In this document: positions 24,732-38,300 of the stretch, in pieces
How the letters are laid out: each line of letters begins with the position of its first letter
How positions within the stretch are numbered: the stretch's first letter is position 1
Source of the DNA: Paecilomyces variotii
Taxonomy: Eukaryota
Length of the DNA: 64,000 nucleotides
Strand: one strand, 5' to 3'
Assembly: GCA_004022145.1 (NCBI GenBank)
Contig: RCNU01000012.1
Made by a program: the position numbers and the translations under genes
The notes under the pieces: generated by a model
Database searches by the model: none
Seen by the model: only the letters and a program-made list of their open reading frames with translations
Told to the model about the DNA's origin: nothing

Positions 24732-27205
24732 TAATGATAGTTTGAAAGTTATTGGTAGACCCATGAAATGCAGCATTATATCAATGCAAATTATTATCTT
24801 CTGGGATAACACTCCTCGTTTCGTTGGGCCATTGTTCTTATGTATGTACTCTGTGGAGATGGCATCGATTTCGTTTCTTGTTCTCTCTCCTAGTTCCTGG
24901 CTATGTGCCATATCTAGCAACACTGCAGAGGCAGTCTGTATGTCCTTTCCCGCGTGTATTACTACTTTAGATGATGCTGGGGCTTTGCAGGGCCAGGACC
25001 TTGTACAGACATCACCGAAACTTTACCGTGAATTTCTCCCTGGACTCTTGTCCTTGACGAATAGGAACCATCCCTGGAATATTCGCTTGCCTCGATTTTT
25101 TTCTTTTTCTTTTGGTGAATTGGTGCAGGAGATTTTTTGTTTCCAGGGCCCTCGAGATCCTCCACTACGCGTCCGTTTGGTGGCTCAGTCGAAACACCTT
25201 CGTACGACGGTGTGCTCGGAGGGTGGAGGTGGCTGCCGATGAGACGCTGGTCGGGCACGCCCGACGTTACTATTATTTATACCCCGCGGTTAGAGCACCG
25301 TGAATATCACGAACGGGTTTCGAGATGGTCGACGATCCTCGAGCGCAGGGCGCTTGCGGAGCAGGATGCGAACTGCTGTGCGTGACCGGCTGTTACAGAA
25401 AAATGTGTTTCCCTCGTGGACCTGGACGACTGGAACTCCATCCCCGCCACTAGCGTTTGAGAAAAAAACTTGAGACTGCAAATGGTGGACCACGACTGCT
25501 GGGCATCACTGGCCTGTCCAGCACTGATGAAGGGCCGATCCGCCCTACGGAGTCGCAGTAGGGGCCTTAAGACAGGAAATATCGAGAGTAGACTCTGGTG
25601 TTATTATTCATTATCGCTTGATTCCGTCCTGAGACTGTCGTGCCGGCCCCTCTGGGCGTCCCAAGGTTTCGACTCAACAGGAAACGCTCGAGACGGACCG
25701 CCTCGCCTGTCTCCTTGGTTGAAGTTAAGCAAGTTAAGGGCCGGTGCCAATAAGAAATCCTCCTGGGAACGCTCGCTGTCGCTCTCCCGTCCGGTACCTC
25801 TTATCCAGTGCCGGTGCTGCCATCTCATTCGCTTTGGCTGCTCTTCAGGCTCCAGAATCCCATTTCTTTCGGTTGTGTAGGCCAGCAAGCGTGCGCTCTG
25901 CTCTCATCCTTATCTTTCTGCTGCGGTCGGTGATATCAGATCGTTCGAAAGAAGTACCATAGAGTAAGACAGACTCGTGCGACAGACCATCGCCCCAGTC
26001 TGTGCTTCTTTATTATTTTTATCATCGTCTAACTATCAAGCTGCCGCTGCAGAGTTGCTCTCCTCACGTTCTCCTCCCCGTCTCTGCCCCACCTTGCCAG
26101 CCGTTCCACAGCTGGTAAATCCAGATCATCCCGCAACGTCTCTTCTCGGAGCTAGGGGTAAACAGTTCATTACTTATCCGAAGATTTTCCTCGAGCGTGT
26201 CGTCCCTTCAAATCACAAGAGCTGGTTGTGCTGTCTCCCGGTGTCCCTGAACGAGAAAGGACGTTGTGATCGCGGGGCGTTTCAGTCTGCCGCAATTGAT
26301 ACCCGACAAGCAGCGCTTGAGGTATGGAGAACTGTCAATGGCCTTTGGGTCACAGACAAGAACCTGACGAGAGGAAACGAGCCTCCTTTCGCCTGACGAT
26401 GACGATGTACTCTAGCTAACCAAAGGTGGTTCTGTCACAGGGATATTCACGGCGTCTCGGTGAAAGAGCGACCTCCTTTCCCTCTATACAGCTGTTCCTC
26501 ACGCACTTTTTCAACCCGACCCTCGAAACCTTCTACCGTCTCAAGAACAGCCTTTTCTCTCGATATAGAATAATTTAACTGTGGAATACTTCAGAAATCT
26601 CGTCGACATCGCTTCGAGGAATATTGAATGTTTGTTCTCCAGTTTTGAGTTGACAGCTATCGTGGGCACAGCTGACGGTGGAGGGAGATATAGAAGGAAA
26701 CACAGCGTGTGATATTGTACTCGAAGGACGACTTCTGCGCATAACCCTGCGCATACAAAAATATACAGAAAAGTAGGTGCTGGTCTCTTTGCTATTCTTT
26801 GTTTTAATCATCGCCATGCACTCTGCGTCACACCACCCATGCCAAATTATCACCTCTATGCTCCTCTTTCGCCTGTATAACTCCATCGACTGTTTTGTGT
26901 CCATCACGAGTTTTCCACCGTGAATTATCTTAGCAGTTGAGAAGAAAGCAAGGTATCAAGGGTTGGCTCTCAACAGTGGGAAATGTCTGGTGAAGGTCTG
27001 GAAAGTAGCTCACTGTTACCGTCTGATCTCACTGGGTTCCGGAGTGAACTGTCAATGCATAGACCATTCGGTCCAATGTGTTACTCTTCAAGCTACTTTC
27101 TGACTAACCCAGCCTCTTCTCCCTCCACTTGGCTTTAGCTCCCATTGAGATAGCATTTGTTCCTCAGATATCCTCGTGCTGACAGGATCAAAGTTTATAG
27201 CCAAG

Positions 27206-28467
<1,262 letters not shown>

Positions 28468-29276
28468 GAAATTGCCTCTCCGGGAATTCATAGAACGGAT
28501 TGGCGTTTTATACTTTAGCATGCCTAACGAAGTACATAGCAACAAGAGAGAACAGGCACAGAGAGCAGGAACAGCTTTTGATGAATCTGAATGGGACCTT
28601 CCCATTCCCAACCTCCCTCACTAGCCAGCCTCGTACCATCATCATCAGCAATGAAGGAAGAACTTGGCTGGAATGTCTTTGTCCGTGCCAACTGAAGCAA
28701 TCGTCTACTTGTAGTCTCAGAATAATCATGTCATCAATGAACGGTCAAATATATTGCTGCTATGATATGTATTGTAATACAGAGTGATCTTCTGTTGCTT
28801 GATTCGCTTGGCTGCACGAACCACATTGCGACCATCGTCCGTGTAGTCTCCAATAAACGGTCGCAAAGTTTTCAGAATACTCAGTGTCTGCGATGACTTA
28901 ATGGTGAGAATATTTCCGTGGCTTTTTGATGACATTTTCGTCACTCTCATATGCCATCCAGGCCACAAAACTATTGCCCTTTTTATATACCCGATTGATC
29001 CCGCGCCTTGGAGGGCCTACATCATTTCTAGGCTTCCAGCCTTCCCTTGCTTTATTGCGACAATTCTCGGCTTTGTATGAGTATGTGCTTGGTTGTTAAA
29101 TACTTGACTATACTTCTTGATGTAGAAGATTGAAAAAAGCATTTAATCAACAAATGAAGAGTAAAATAACCTTTTTATGATTCCAATCGCTCTATATTAT
29201 TAGGTATCACGGTCATTTATCTCCAGAAACGGCTCTTGCCTCTGAACCCTGATCGGAGATAGAAGACTTAGTTCAT

Positions 29277-29867
29277 CTAATCGGCCAAGTCGACAGTGAG
29301 ATGTCTGAAATCGACCACCAAGTCCCCTCCCTTGTCTGACGGTCGAGCAACATACGTGCCAACCCAGCATTCCTTATTGCCCTCATCTTCGAAAGCCCAG
29401 GTGACCTCTCTGATAGGGACGCGCTGGATGCCCTCGACAAGATAGATCCAGAGACTACCATCCTGCTGCCTCACCATCTCCACAGTAGCTGCTGGGCCAC
29501 CAGATGGGACTGGCAGCAAGCTCCAATCCGCCCATCGATCCTTGACAACCGTGCTGATGTTGGGTTTCTCATCGACGAATTCAATCCCCGTCTTAATCCA
29601 TTTCTGATCATCGCCATGACCTTTGATGACGAGAATGAGACCCCCTTGGTCATATTGTTGTGTCCAATTGGCGGTAAGGGCTACGCGCGCCCTTTTGAAC
29701 GACGACAGTCGGGCGGATTTGTAGAGAATCGGCGCATTGAAGCGGTTCGTTGACGGTGGCTTCGACCAGACATCGGTAGATGGTGAAGCTTTCAATGTGA
29801 ATTCCACGGGTATGTCGCCGTCACCCGGAACTTTTTCGGATGTGTTGGCGAAAGTAAAACCGACCAT
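29277..29867 (-). CDS. DUF1349 (Ree1-like, concanavalin-fold) protein
   Basis: Single exon, 196 aa; 'TDVWSKPP..FNAP', 'YDQGGLIL', 'WIKTGIEF', 'DRWADWS' are typical of the family. Confidence 0.8.
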   Translation of the reverse strand: MVGFTFANTSEKVPGDGDIPVEFTLKASPSTDVWSKPPSTNRFNAPILYKSARLSSFKRARVALTANWTQQYDQGGLILVIKGHGDDQKWIKTGIEFVDEKPNISTVVKDRWADWSLLPVPSGGPAATVEMVRQQDGSLWIYLVEGIQRVPIREVTWAFEDEGNKECWVGTYVARPSDKGGDLVVDFRHLTVDLAD

Positions 29868-30674
29868 GGTTTAATAACCGTACCGCGGACTGGGCGCAAC
29901 AAAGTTGAATAACACCGTGTATGGCGAGATATGTAAGAATAAAGTAAGTGTATAATAACTAATTAACAGTCTCAGAGGATAATAATCTGCAAAGGGATTA
30001 TAGTATAGGCTGAGATAAACCACATCCTTTAAGGTCTAATTTGATGGGGGCAGTTTTTTGCTGTTTTCTTTATCTATACGTCACTATCACGTACATATAG
30101 CCTATATCCAAAATGCTCATTTTCGATGAGAGGATGATTCTAGATCAATGTGGGGTAGTGAAGGGAAGGGAAGCGGAGACGGCCGGGAAGCCTGTTCAGT
30201 AATTACTGAATCCTACTCTAGTTGTACTTGTACTGTACAATAATGATAACGAAAGCCACGGCAGAGGCGTACAATAAGTTGCGTACGGACTGGCTGCCCA
30301 TCGTGTTCAAGCGTTGCGGTGTTCCCGGAGCATTCCCGTGTTTGATAAGATGGTGCGGGGTTAAAGGTTAGGCCCCCGTGTTTGGAAGCAGATGGTCTGA
30401 CAGTTACTAATAACAATAGGAATTATAATGAGAATAAGAATAAGCATTAATAGTTACCCCTCGCCTGAGACATCAAGCTGTTGGAGAAGGATTCATAGTA
30501 TGTATGGGCGGAGTCTTGGCGTTGATCACACGGCTGACATAATCGATCATCGCCAGCATCAGAGCTGTTGAGGATCGACAGACTGCATGCTGATGTCGTG
30601 AAGGCAGTGAGAAAAGAGCGGCTGATTTTGCAGCCCTCAACACTCCTAATCCATGAATCGAATCGCGATTCGTG

Positions 30675-32228
30675 ATGTCCGCTCGACTCCTCCACCCTGA
30701 CGAGTTCGAGCTTGCAGCTCGCTCGTCTGTTGATTCCCAAGAGACCTTCAACCTTGACGAAGCGGACTTCGAGTCTCAGTCTTATTCCAAGTCATACAGC
30801 TTTAGGCGTAAACCTGCATTTCTATCTCGCTTGCTATCCTTCACGTTTTCCGGATACCGTCGCATCAGAGATTCGGGAGCGCCTCTACCCTCGCCACGAA
30901 GGCCCGTTACGTGCTATCGCCGCCTGCTAGCCCGCCGTTCATGTTTCCTTCTGCACGCGTTCACCGGCATTATTCTTGCCCTTGTGATTCTGACATCGAT
31001 ATTCCGACCTTCCTATACACGATTACCAGCACACTATGAAGCTCTTCGAAAATCTGTATCAGAGTCGAATGCGCCGGGCAGGGGAAATCCACGGAATGAG
31101 AAGGTGTTCATTGCGGCTAGCATCTATGACAAGGGAGGTGACCTCGCACGGGGCCAGTGGGGCAAGGGGATACTCGACTTAATCGACCTTCTTGGAGAAG
31201 ACAATGTTTTCCTAAGCATATACGAAAATGACAGTGGGGAGGAGGGACAGGCTGCCCTCCAGGAGCTCCAGGAAAAGGTTCGCTCAAAGAAGTCTATTGT
31301 CTTTGAAGAACATCTGAACCTGTCGGAGATCCCACACGTCACGCTTCCAGATGGATCCCAGCGCATCAAGCGCATTGCTTATCTAGCTGAGGTTCGAAAC
31401 CGAGCACTGCGCCCTCTGGATCAACACCCGGAGATCGAATACGATAGACTTCTATATTTGAACGATGTCGTGTTCGATCCTGTCGATGTCCTGCAACTTC
31501 TCTTCTCTACCAACGCTGCACAAGATGGAGTCGCTCAGTATCGGGCTGCCTGCTCCGTTGATTTCATCAATCCGTTCAAATTCTACGATACCTACGCAAC
31601 TCGGGACCTACAAGGATATAGCATGGGAGTGCCTTTCTTCCCATGGTTTACGAGCGCTGGGTCAGGTCAGAGCAGACGGGATGTACTTGCTGGCAAGGAT
31701 ACTGTGCGTGTGCGGAGTTGTTGGGGTGGAATTGTGGCCTTCGATGCAAAGTACTTCCAGGGTCATAATCCAGTGCGTTTCCGTGCAGAGAAGGATCTTT
31801 TCTGGGATGCGTCAGAATGCTGCCTTATCCATGCAGACATTCAAGATCCTGCGCCTGATATCGAAGCAATCCCGGATACTGGGATATATATGAACCCCTA
31901 TGTCCGAGTTGCTTATGATAGCGGGACTCTTTCTTGGCTAAGAACAACGCGCCGTTTCGAGCGGCTCTACTCCCTGATCCATTGGATCGTTAACCATATC
32001 GCTGGCTTACCTCGCTTCAACCCTCGTCGGGGCGAAAGGCCTGGCACGGAAGTCGACGAAAAAGTTTGGGTTGCTGACGACAAGCTGGAGGGGGGAGGTT
32101 CTTTTGTGACCGTCAAGCGACTTGCAGATCCGGGTGGCTTCTGCGGGCGTCGGGGACTTCAGGTCGTTGTGGAAGATCGCAAAAAAGGGCAAGGTCCCTG
32201 GGAGACGCTCCCTGTTCCATCTGTTTGA
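30675..32228 (+). CDS. CAP59-like alpha-1,3-mannosyltransferase (GT69), type II membrane protein
   Basis: Single N-proximal TM helix; 'VFLSIYENDS', 'RIAYLAEVRNRALRPL', 'LYLNDVVF', 'FYDTYATRD', 'VRSCWGGIVAFDA', 'ASECCLIHAD', 'IYMNPYVRVAY'. Confidence 0.9.
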   Translation: MSARLLHPDEFELAARSSVDSQETFNLDEADFESQSYSKSYSFRRKPAFLSRLLSFTFSGYRRIRDSGAPLPSPRRPVTCYRRLLARRSCFLLHAFTGIILALVILTSIFRPSYTRLPAHYEALRKSVSESNAPGRGNPRNEKVFIAASIYDKGGDLARGQWGKGILDLIDLLGEDNVFLSIYENDSGEEGQAALQELQEKVRSKKSIVFEEHLNLSEIPHVTLPDGSQRIKRIAYLAEVRNRALRPLDQHPEIEYDRLLYLNDVVFDPVDVLQLLFSTNAAQDGVAQYRAACSVDFINPFKFYDTYATRDLQGYSMGVPFFPWFTSAGSGQSRRDVLAGKDTVRVRSCWGGIVAFDAKYFQGHNPVRFRAEKDLFWDASECCLIHADIQDPAPDIEAIPDTGIYMNPYVRVAYDSGTLSWLRTTRRFERLYSLIHWIVNHIAGLPRFNPRRGERPGTEVDEKVWVADDKLEGGGSFVTVKRLADPGGFCGRRGLQVVVEDRKKGQGPWETLPVPSV

Positions 32229-33027
32229 GATTTGGTCTAGACACGCGGGTGTATATAAGGGTGGGTTAATAGATAGGCGCTGATCTAGGATTACGGAGTT
32301 TGTCATCATGATATTGCTAGTTAATGGGATAACTGTCATGTATCATCTTACCTTATATTGTTACAATGAATGCGCATATTCCTCTTAACCCCAGGTTTCT
32401 ACGAGACTTGGTTCTGTCTTTCCGTCCTTCGCCTTAAAGCGGATCTGGTTATCTCCTTACGTTGAAGTTGGACTCATTTTATAATTGGAGGCCTCCCGGA
32501 GATCAGTCCAATTCGGTCCAGTCTTTTTGAGTTGCATGTGCTGAAAGGTATGTATAGCTCTGACCGTTGCTGCAATACCCATATCCCATACTTCTGCTCC
32601 CTTCCGTTTAGAGCTCTAGCCTGATTGGAAGGGTATATATCACCATGTCCTAGTTCTTATTCTCGAATTGATGGCCTATTCCCAGAAGGGTACATCAAAG
32701 ATACTGGTGACCCCCAGCCCCTTTCAGAGCTCTTCACTTACCTGCCGCTGGACCTTTATGTTATATTTGTCTGACTGTTCTTTTGGGGGAGTCACCCGAT
32801 TAAGAACAATAGGTGGCTGGGGTTCCCTCCAACATCATTCACGTATACTGTCACATGTTTTCCTTCTTTGCCTCCACCTATTAAGGGTTTTATTCTCCTA
32901 AGAAATACTTCTTCTCCTTTTCCTAACTCCCTGCTTCTTCATCTTGTTTCTCTAATAGAAATCGTGGTTGATAAGCTCTCAAGTTGCTGCGTTTGTGAAG
33001 GGTGTCTGATACACCTTAACCGCCATC

Positions 33028-34810
33028 ATGATGGGACCTGTTGATCGCACAACTGAAATAGTCCAGGATGTCCTGTCTTTCTTTGCCGAAAACTCCAAGC
33101 ATACGCTTGCTGACAGCAGACATGCTCCAAAGAATGCCAGACAGATGCTCAGTGCTAAGAGACCTTCGGTTTGTGCTTCCTTGTCTCCTTCCCGCACGCA
33201 TAACGGCTTCTGGGTGCTCCTCAGGACGACAACCAGCCGCATGACTTTCATTGTTGGTACGCAGAAACTGAAAGCCGCTTCTTTCAACAGAGGTTTCCGG
33301 AAGAGCTGCGTCTCGGCGCTGAGAAGGGGACTCACCCAGAGACCCGCCTGCATGACCTTCACACCAACACCAACACCGTTGCTGCACCTCCCTTCAGAAG
33401 GAGTCCTCTTTCCTCAGGTAAACAAAACAACCTGAGAACAACAACCTCTGCAACTGCAAAGACCACCATGGCTCCTCCTGCGGATATCGATGATACCGCT
33501 GCCTTCATGGCTGCGGTTCGTAGCCGTCGTCAGCAAGCCTTGAGCTCCCAGTCCGACAGCATCGCGTCGTCCACCGCGGAGGTTGACCACGTTGAGACTC
33601 TCGTCGAAGCTCCTATCATCCCTGAACCTTCTCCTTCCAAGCAGAAGAAGGAAAACGGTATGTATGAGATGATTTGTCGCAGAGATCCTAGCCGTTAGAG
33701 ACGGACGTATAACTAACAGGATTCTAGTCGAGCACGCAAAGGCGATCGCTCCCGAAGCTCCTGTTATGCCTCTCAAGGAGGAGAAACAATCTGCATCTTT
33801 TTCCCCGTCTGTTGGCCTTGAGGCTTCCAAGTGGGCTAACCCTAGATTCGTGTCCCCTACTCGTGCTCAGAGGACATTGAGGGACCGTGAAGCTTCTATC
33901 AGTGTTGTGACGCCCCAGGCTCGTACCCCTGAAGCTGTAACTCTCACCAAGGAGCCTGAAATCGTTGAGACTCCGGAGGTCCCTAAGCCGTCTATCACTG
34001 AAGAAGAGGACCGAGAGCATCTTACTCACTTCAAAACCTGGGGTGCCCCAATGGCTCGTGACAAGCCTGGTATGATTTCCCCTTCCGCTACTGGTGCTGA
34101 GTGTTGAATGAAGTCTGCTAATTTGGATGTCAACCATTAGCTGCCCAGGTTCGTCTCATCATACTGAGCAACCTTCCTTCGACCTACAATGCCCCTGCCA
34201 AAGTTTTGACTCTCATTCACGGCGGAGCTATCGAGAGCGTCCGTCTCTCCGCTGGTGGTTGTGCTTACATCTTGTTCTGCGATGCCACTGCCTGCAAGGC
34301 TTACTACGACCAGTATCCAAACGGTATCCCAGTCGGTCCTGGCGGACGCCAGACGATCTTTGTGGATATTGGAAAAGAGGTTGACGTCGTCAGTTCGCAG
34401 CTGACTATTGCGCTCTCAACTGGAGCCACCCGCGTTATTCGGTGCGCTGGCGTTGACATGAATGTCTCCATGAGTACTCTCTACGAGATGGCGTCTGCAA
34501 ATAATCGCAAGGTAGAGAAGATCATTGATTCTTACGTCTCCGGAGAAGTATATTTCCCGCAGAATAACGTATTAGCGTGAAGAAGCTAACTTTACCATCT
34601 CAGTCTCGCCTCGTGATCTTTCGTTTCTGCTCCATCGAAGATGCAATTAGGTTCAAGTCCGCCCTCGTCCGCGACGACGATTGGGAACACTGTAACGTCC
34701 AGTACGGCGAGGATCCGTAAGTATTTCATATCTGCTAAAGTTTTTATCTCTCTCTGACTTCGATGTACCGTACCAGATGTGAGCTGGCCACTGGTCTTCA
34801 CTTTGACTAG
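33028..34810 (+). CDS. Hypothetical protein with low-complexity N-terminus and two divergent RRM-like domains
   Basis: In-frame model with introns 33169-33224, 33658-33727, 34070-34140, 34548-34602, 34717-34776. RRM-like segments 'RLIILSNLP...GCAYILFCDATACKAYY' and 'GATRVIR...FRFCSIEDAIRFKSAL...VQYGEDPC'. The 5' exon is less certain. Confidence 0.7.
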
Positions 34811-35334
34811 GGTGCACTAGCATCCTTCGTCATTGTGGTGGACCCCGCAGTATCTGATGTTCATGCGGTCATCCTTCAAAAAACAAAAAAAAAGAGATAA
34901 GAGAAAATGGGTGTTTATTTTCTTGAATTCGACAATTGATACTCCCAAGGCACTTGGTTGAGCAAAATAGTGTATTTTAGCAATGGCAACCATCGAACAC
35001 CATAATGGAATCGACATCAGGCCAGCCAAAGTGTGCCTATTTCCTCGTGAGACTAGACCGTAGACAAAAGGCTGTATTCGCATAGAACTGAGTGAGATAC
35101 ACCTACGTTGTTTGTAGTAGTTAGTAGTAGTATTTATTATTAACGTCCGTCGGAAGGCTTCGCCTGTGGTCCTGGTGGCCTCCCATGGGGTATTTGGGAC
35201 GTGCTAAGCCATGGAATTATTACTATACAGTGTATGTATGACCTTAGAAAGCAATTCAAGTCGTCGTTTAACTCGTCATTTGGAATAGAGGATGGAGGCG
35301 TGTTTCGACATGACGGCCCTTCTACATGCTATAA

Positions 35335-35338
<4 letters not shown>

Positions 35339-35374
<36 letters not shown>
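35339..35374. repeat. (AT)18 dinucleotide microsatellite
   Basis: Uninterrupted AT run read directly. Confidence 0.95.
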
Positions 35375-35376
<2 letters not shown>

Positions 35377-38300
35377 ATTTTTGCAGTTTATCCTATCGAT
35401 AAATATTACAACCTCCCCTACAGCATTATTCGCTTTTCAAACTTCTCCTTAGATATAGTTATTTTGTCAGTTAGGGTTTACTGCTCCTACCCTATAGTAT
35501 ACAAACCGGGTACTTAGCAGCTGCAACGGAAAGCTACCTAGATAGATAGATCCCACTTGTAACTATAGGGTTAAAGCAGACGGAGATGGGAACCATGGAA
35601 TGAATGGTTAAGACTATGTTCAGTTCAGCTGCAATGTCAGGGAGCATATATAGGTGATAAATAGATTTCGAATACCTTTAATTTCTCTAAGCGATCAATA
35701 GTTATTTTATTCCCGTTTTAAATGCTTCTTTAGAACCTTAGTTCTAGATCTTCACGTATATGATGTTAGGGATGGTTAAGAGTTCTTGCTACAATATGGA
35801 CTTCTTACGCTGTGTCTGAGATCTAATCACTGAAATGAAATGATATGCACATGCAGAACATTTATTCGTCAGTAGTTCTATTCTATGAAGCAAATTCTAC
35901 GCATAAAAGAATATCGATTTGTCAGAATATTTCATTCATTTTTAGTCTATTAGAATTATGATCGTTTTACCCATCTCGGGTTCTACTTTTCCATATTCAC
36001 CCCCTTTTTTTTCTGGTCCCCTTTTTCTGTTCTTGCTCTCTCGTCAAAAGTACTTTGCATATTCACATACGGACATGGTACCAACTGATAGCATAGTCGA
36101 GCTAAGACCTACCGGTCGGATATCATGATGCGTGAACCCGCAACACCTTGAAACAAAGGATGGACGAGCTAAGTTTTGAGTCTGAAGAGAAAGGGGATGG
36201 GGATGGGGACGGGTGCGCGCACATGGCTCGGTGGATCAAATAAAAAAAAAGACTGGAAAATAGGTCTGTATGGTAGACTAATGAATAATGCGGAGTTCTG
36301 CAGACCAGACCTAATTCGGAGAGATGATCAGGGACTTCCTTGATACTTGGTTGAGTACTTTTGTCGATATTAGTCCTAGTTAGCCTTGGTCCTGGATAGG
36401 AGAAGAAAAGATGTTTTGATGATAAGAGTAATGTAGGTTTTAGTCATAGGCCGGGGGATTTCTTCTCGCTTTGTTCTCTGCTGTATGTTAGCTCATATAT
36501 TCATGGTCCATGTTCGCGATCATTGCAACTATGTGTTACACAGACATGAAAATTGGGAGCAAGGAAAATCTCAAAATTAAGAATAAGACGTGGAGCTGGA
36601 GGGGGGTTCAGAAAGGTCGCAAACTTGAAGGTAACGGCGATCGACAAGCCGCGAACTGCAGAGCTCCTTTTCTGGAAAAGGAGGCTGGGAGGTGGCATTT
36701 CTAGAAGACCATGAGACGAGGGGTTTGTAGGGATTGTTGGTTGATTCCGGTATGCTGAAGAATCTCATTATCTAAGGTCGGAGAAGGCGGGGGTAGTAGA
36801 CACCGTACATGGAGGTACGGCAGGGTTGAAGGGGAGGGGTTGGCCGAGGACCATTAAAGGGTTTGTATTGAATGTATGGTAGGTGACATTGGGCAGGGAT
36901 CAGAGAAACAAAGACGATGGAGGTGCACAGATAGCGTCATGTCATGCGCAATGCAGGAATTATTCCGACACTCTAGTGTTGGAGGGGCATAACTGCAGGT
37001 GCTCAGTATAGGATCAGCTTGGGAGAGTTACGAGGAAGAAGAGAGCATGCCGTACTGGCTTGTCCTCTTTTTCGGTATTTTGCTTTGATACACTTACCTA
37101 ACAGCGTAGTATAACTATGCCAGCGGTTATGGATGGATGAATAAACTGAAATGCGAGCTCTTCATGGATGCATAATGTGAAGAATATTTGCAGACTATAT
37201 CCAATGGCGTGGAATGGTAGGATATGATATCTCTGCGGCAAGGCTCTGCTGGCTAACCACATAGGCATGGATATCCAGACATAGTTGATCCAGACATAAT
37301 ACTTGCGGTGGCAGTCAATAGCTATTAGAATTTCTGTGCCACCCGCTTACTCGGTGATGATCATTCTGTTTCCGTACACGGTCGGTGAGACATATTCTCT
37401 GTGTCCCCCTTGAAGAGGGATCTGACTGGGCGGCACAGCGCCTTTCTTGCGGCGCAGTTCGTCTAGAATCTGGATGGCACCAACGAAATCGTCAGAGACC
37501 AAGGGTGCCGTAGCCGCTGGACTATCTTAGACCATGGGCCGACCCGTACCAGATGAATTCTGAGATCTGGCCAATCGTTCGGTCGTGATATGTGCCGCTT
37601 GCTGCTTCTGCCACAACGACGGCGCCCAAAGCGACAATAATTGCTACTACCCGGGGCCGATAGTACTAAGTAGTACTAGTACATTATTGGTGACGAAAGT
37701 TCATCAGTCATAACGAAGCCCTTGCCGCTCATAGGACAGGGCATACTGACTCGTCGAAAAGCTGTTCTTTCATCAGGAGCGCCAGTCAACCTAGCTACAT
37801 GTGAGCAACGAGTCCAGTGTAGGTAGACTCCCCACCGGTAGACTACGACAACAATAATAGTCTTGTACATACATACCAATGATACCATAGACCACCTAAA
37901 TTGGAAACTAGTAATTGTCTTAAGCGGGCCGAAAAACCACAGCCGGTGCAGGGGCTGCCAACAGTGGCGCGGTTAGAATGATCTTCTGCACACGACAGAA
38001 GATCAACTGGACACATGCTCTCCACGTTGGAAAACCGGAGTCGCAATAATAATAATATCCGAGATTATCTATACTGGGTCCGAAGTTTACCTCAATTGGC
38101 GCCGATCTGGTCTCCCCAGCCTCAGCACTGATCGATCGGTGGCTTTTCCATCCGGGATCCGGATCCGCCCGACGATGGCGGTGATCGAGAGAAGCATCTC
38201 GCGGAGAGTTATGCCCAGTCTAGTGCACAGATTGCGACATGCAGCACATGTTGCAGAGAAAGAAAAAGACCGATAGACGCGCTCAGACGCACTCCGTACG

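Noticed and set aside
24706..26396. Several 60-180 aa ORFs between SEC24 and mpkB
   Set aside because: No protein-like motifs or consistent splice structure; better explained as UTR/promoter.
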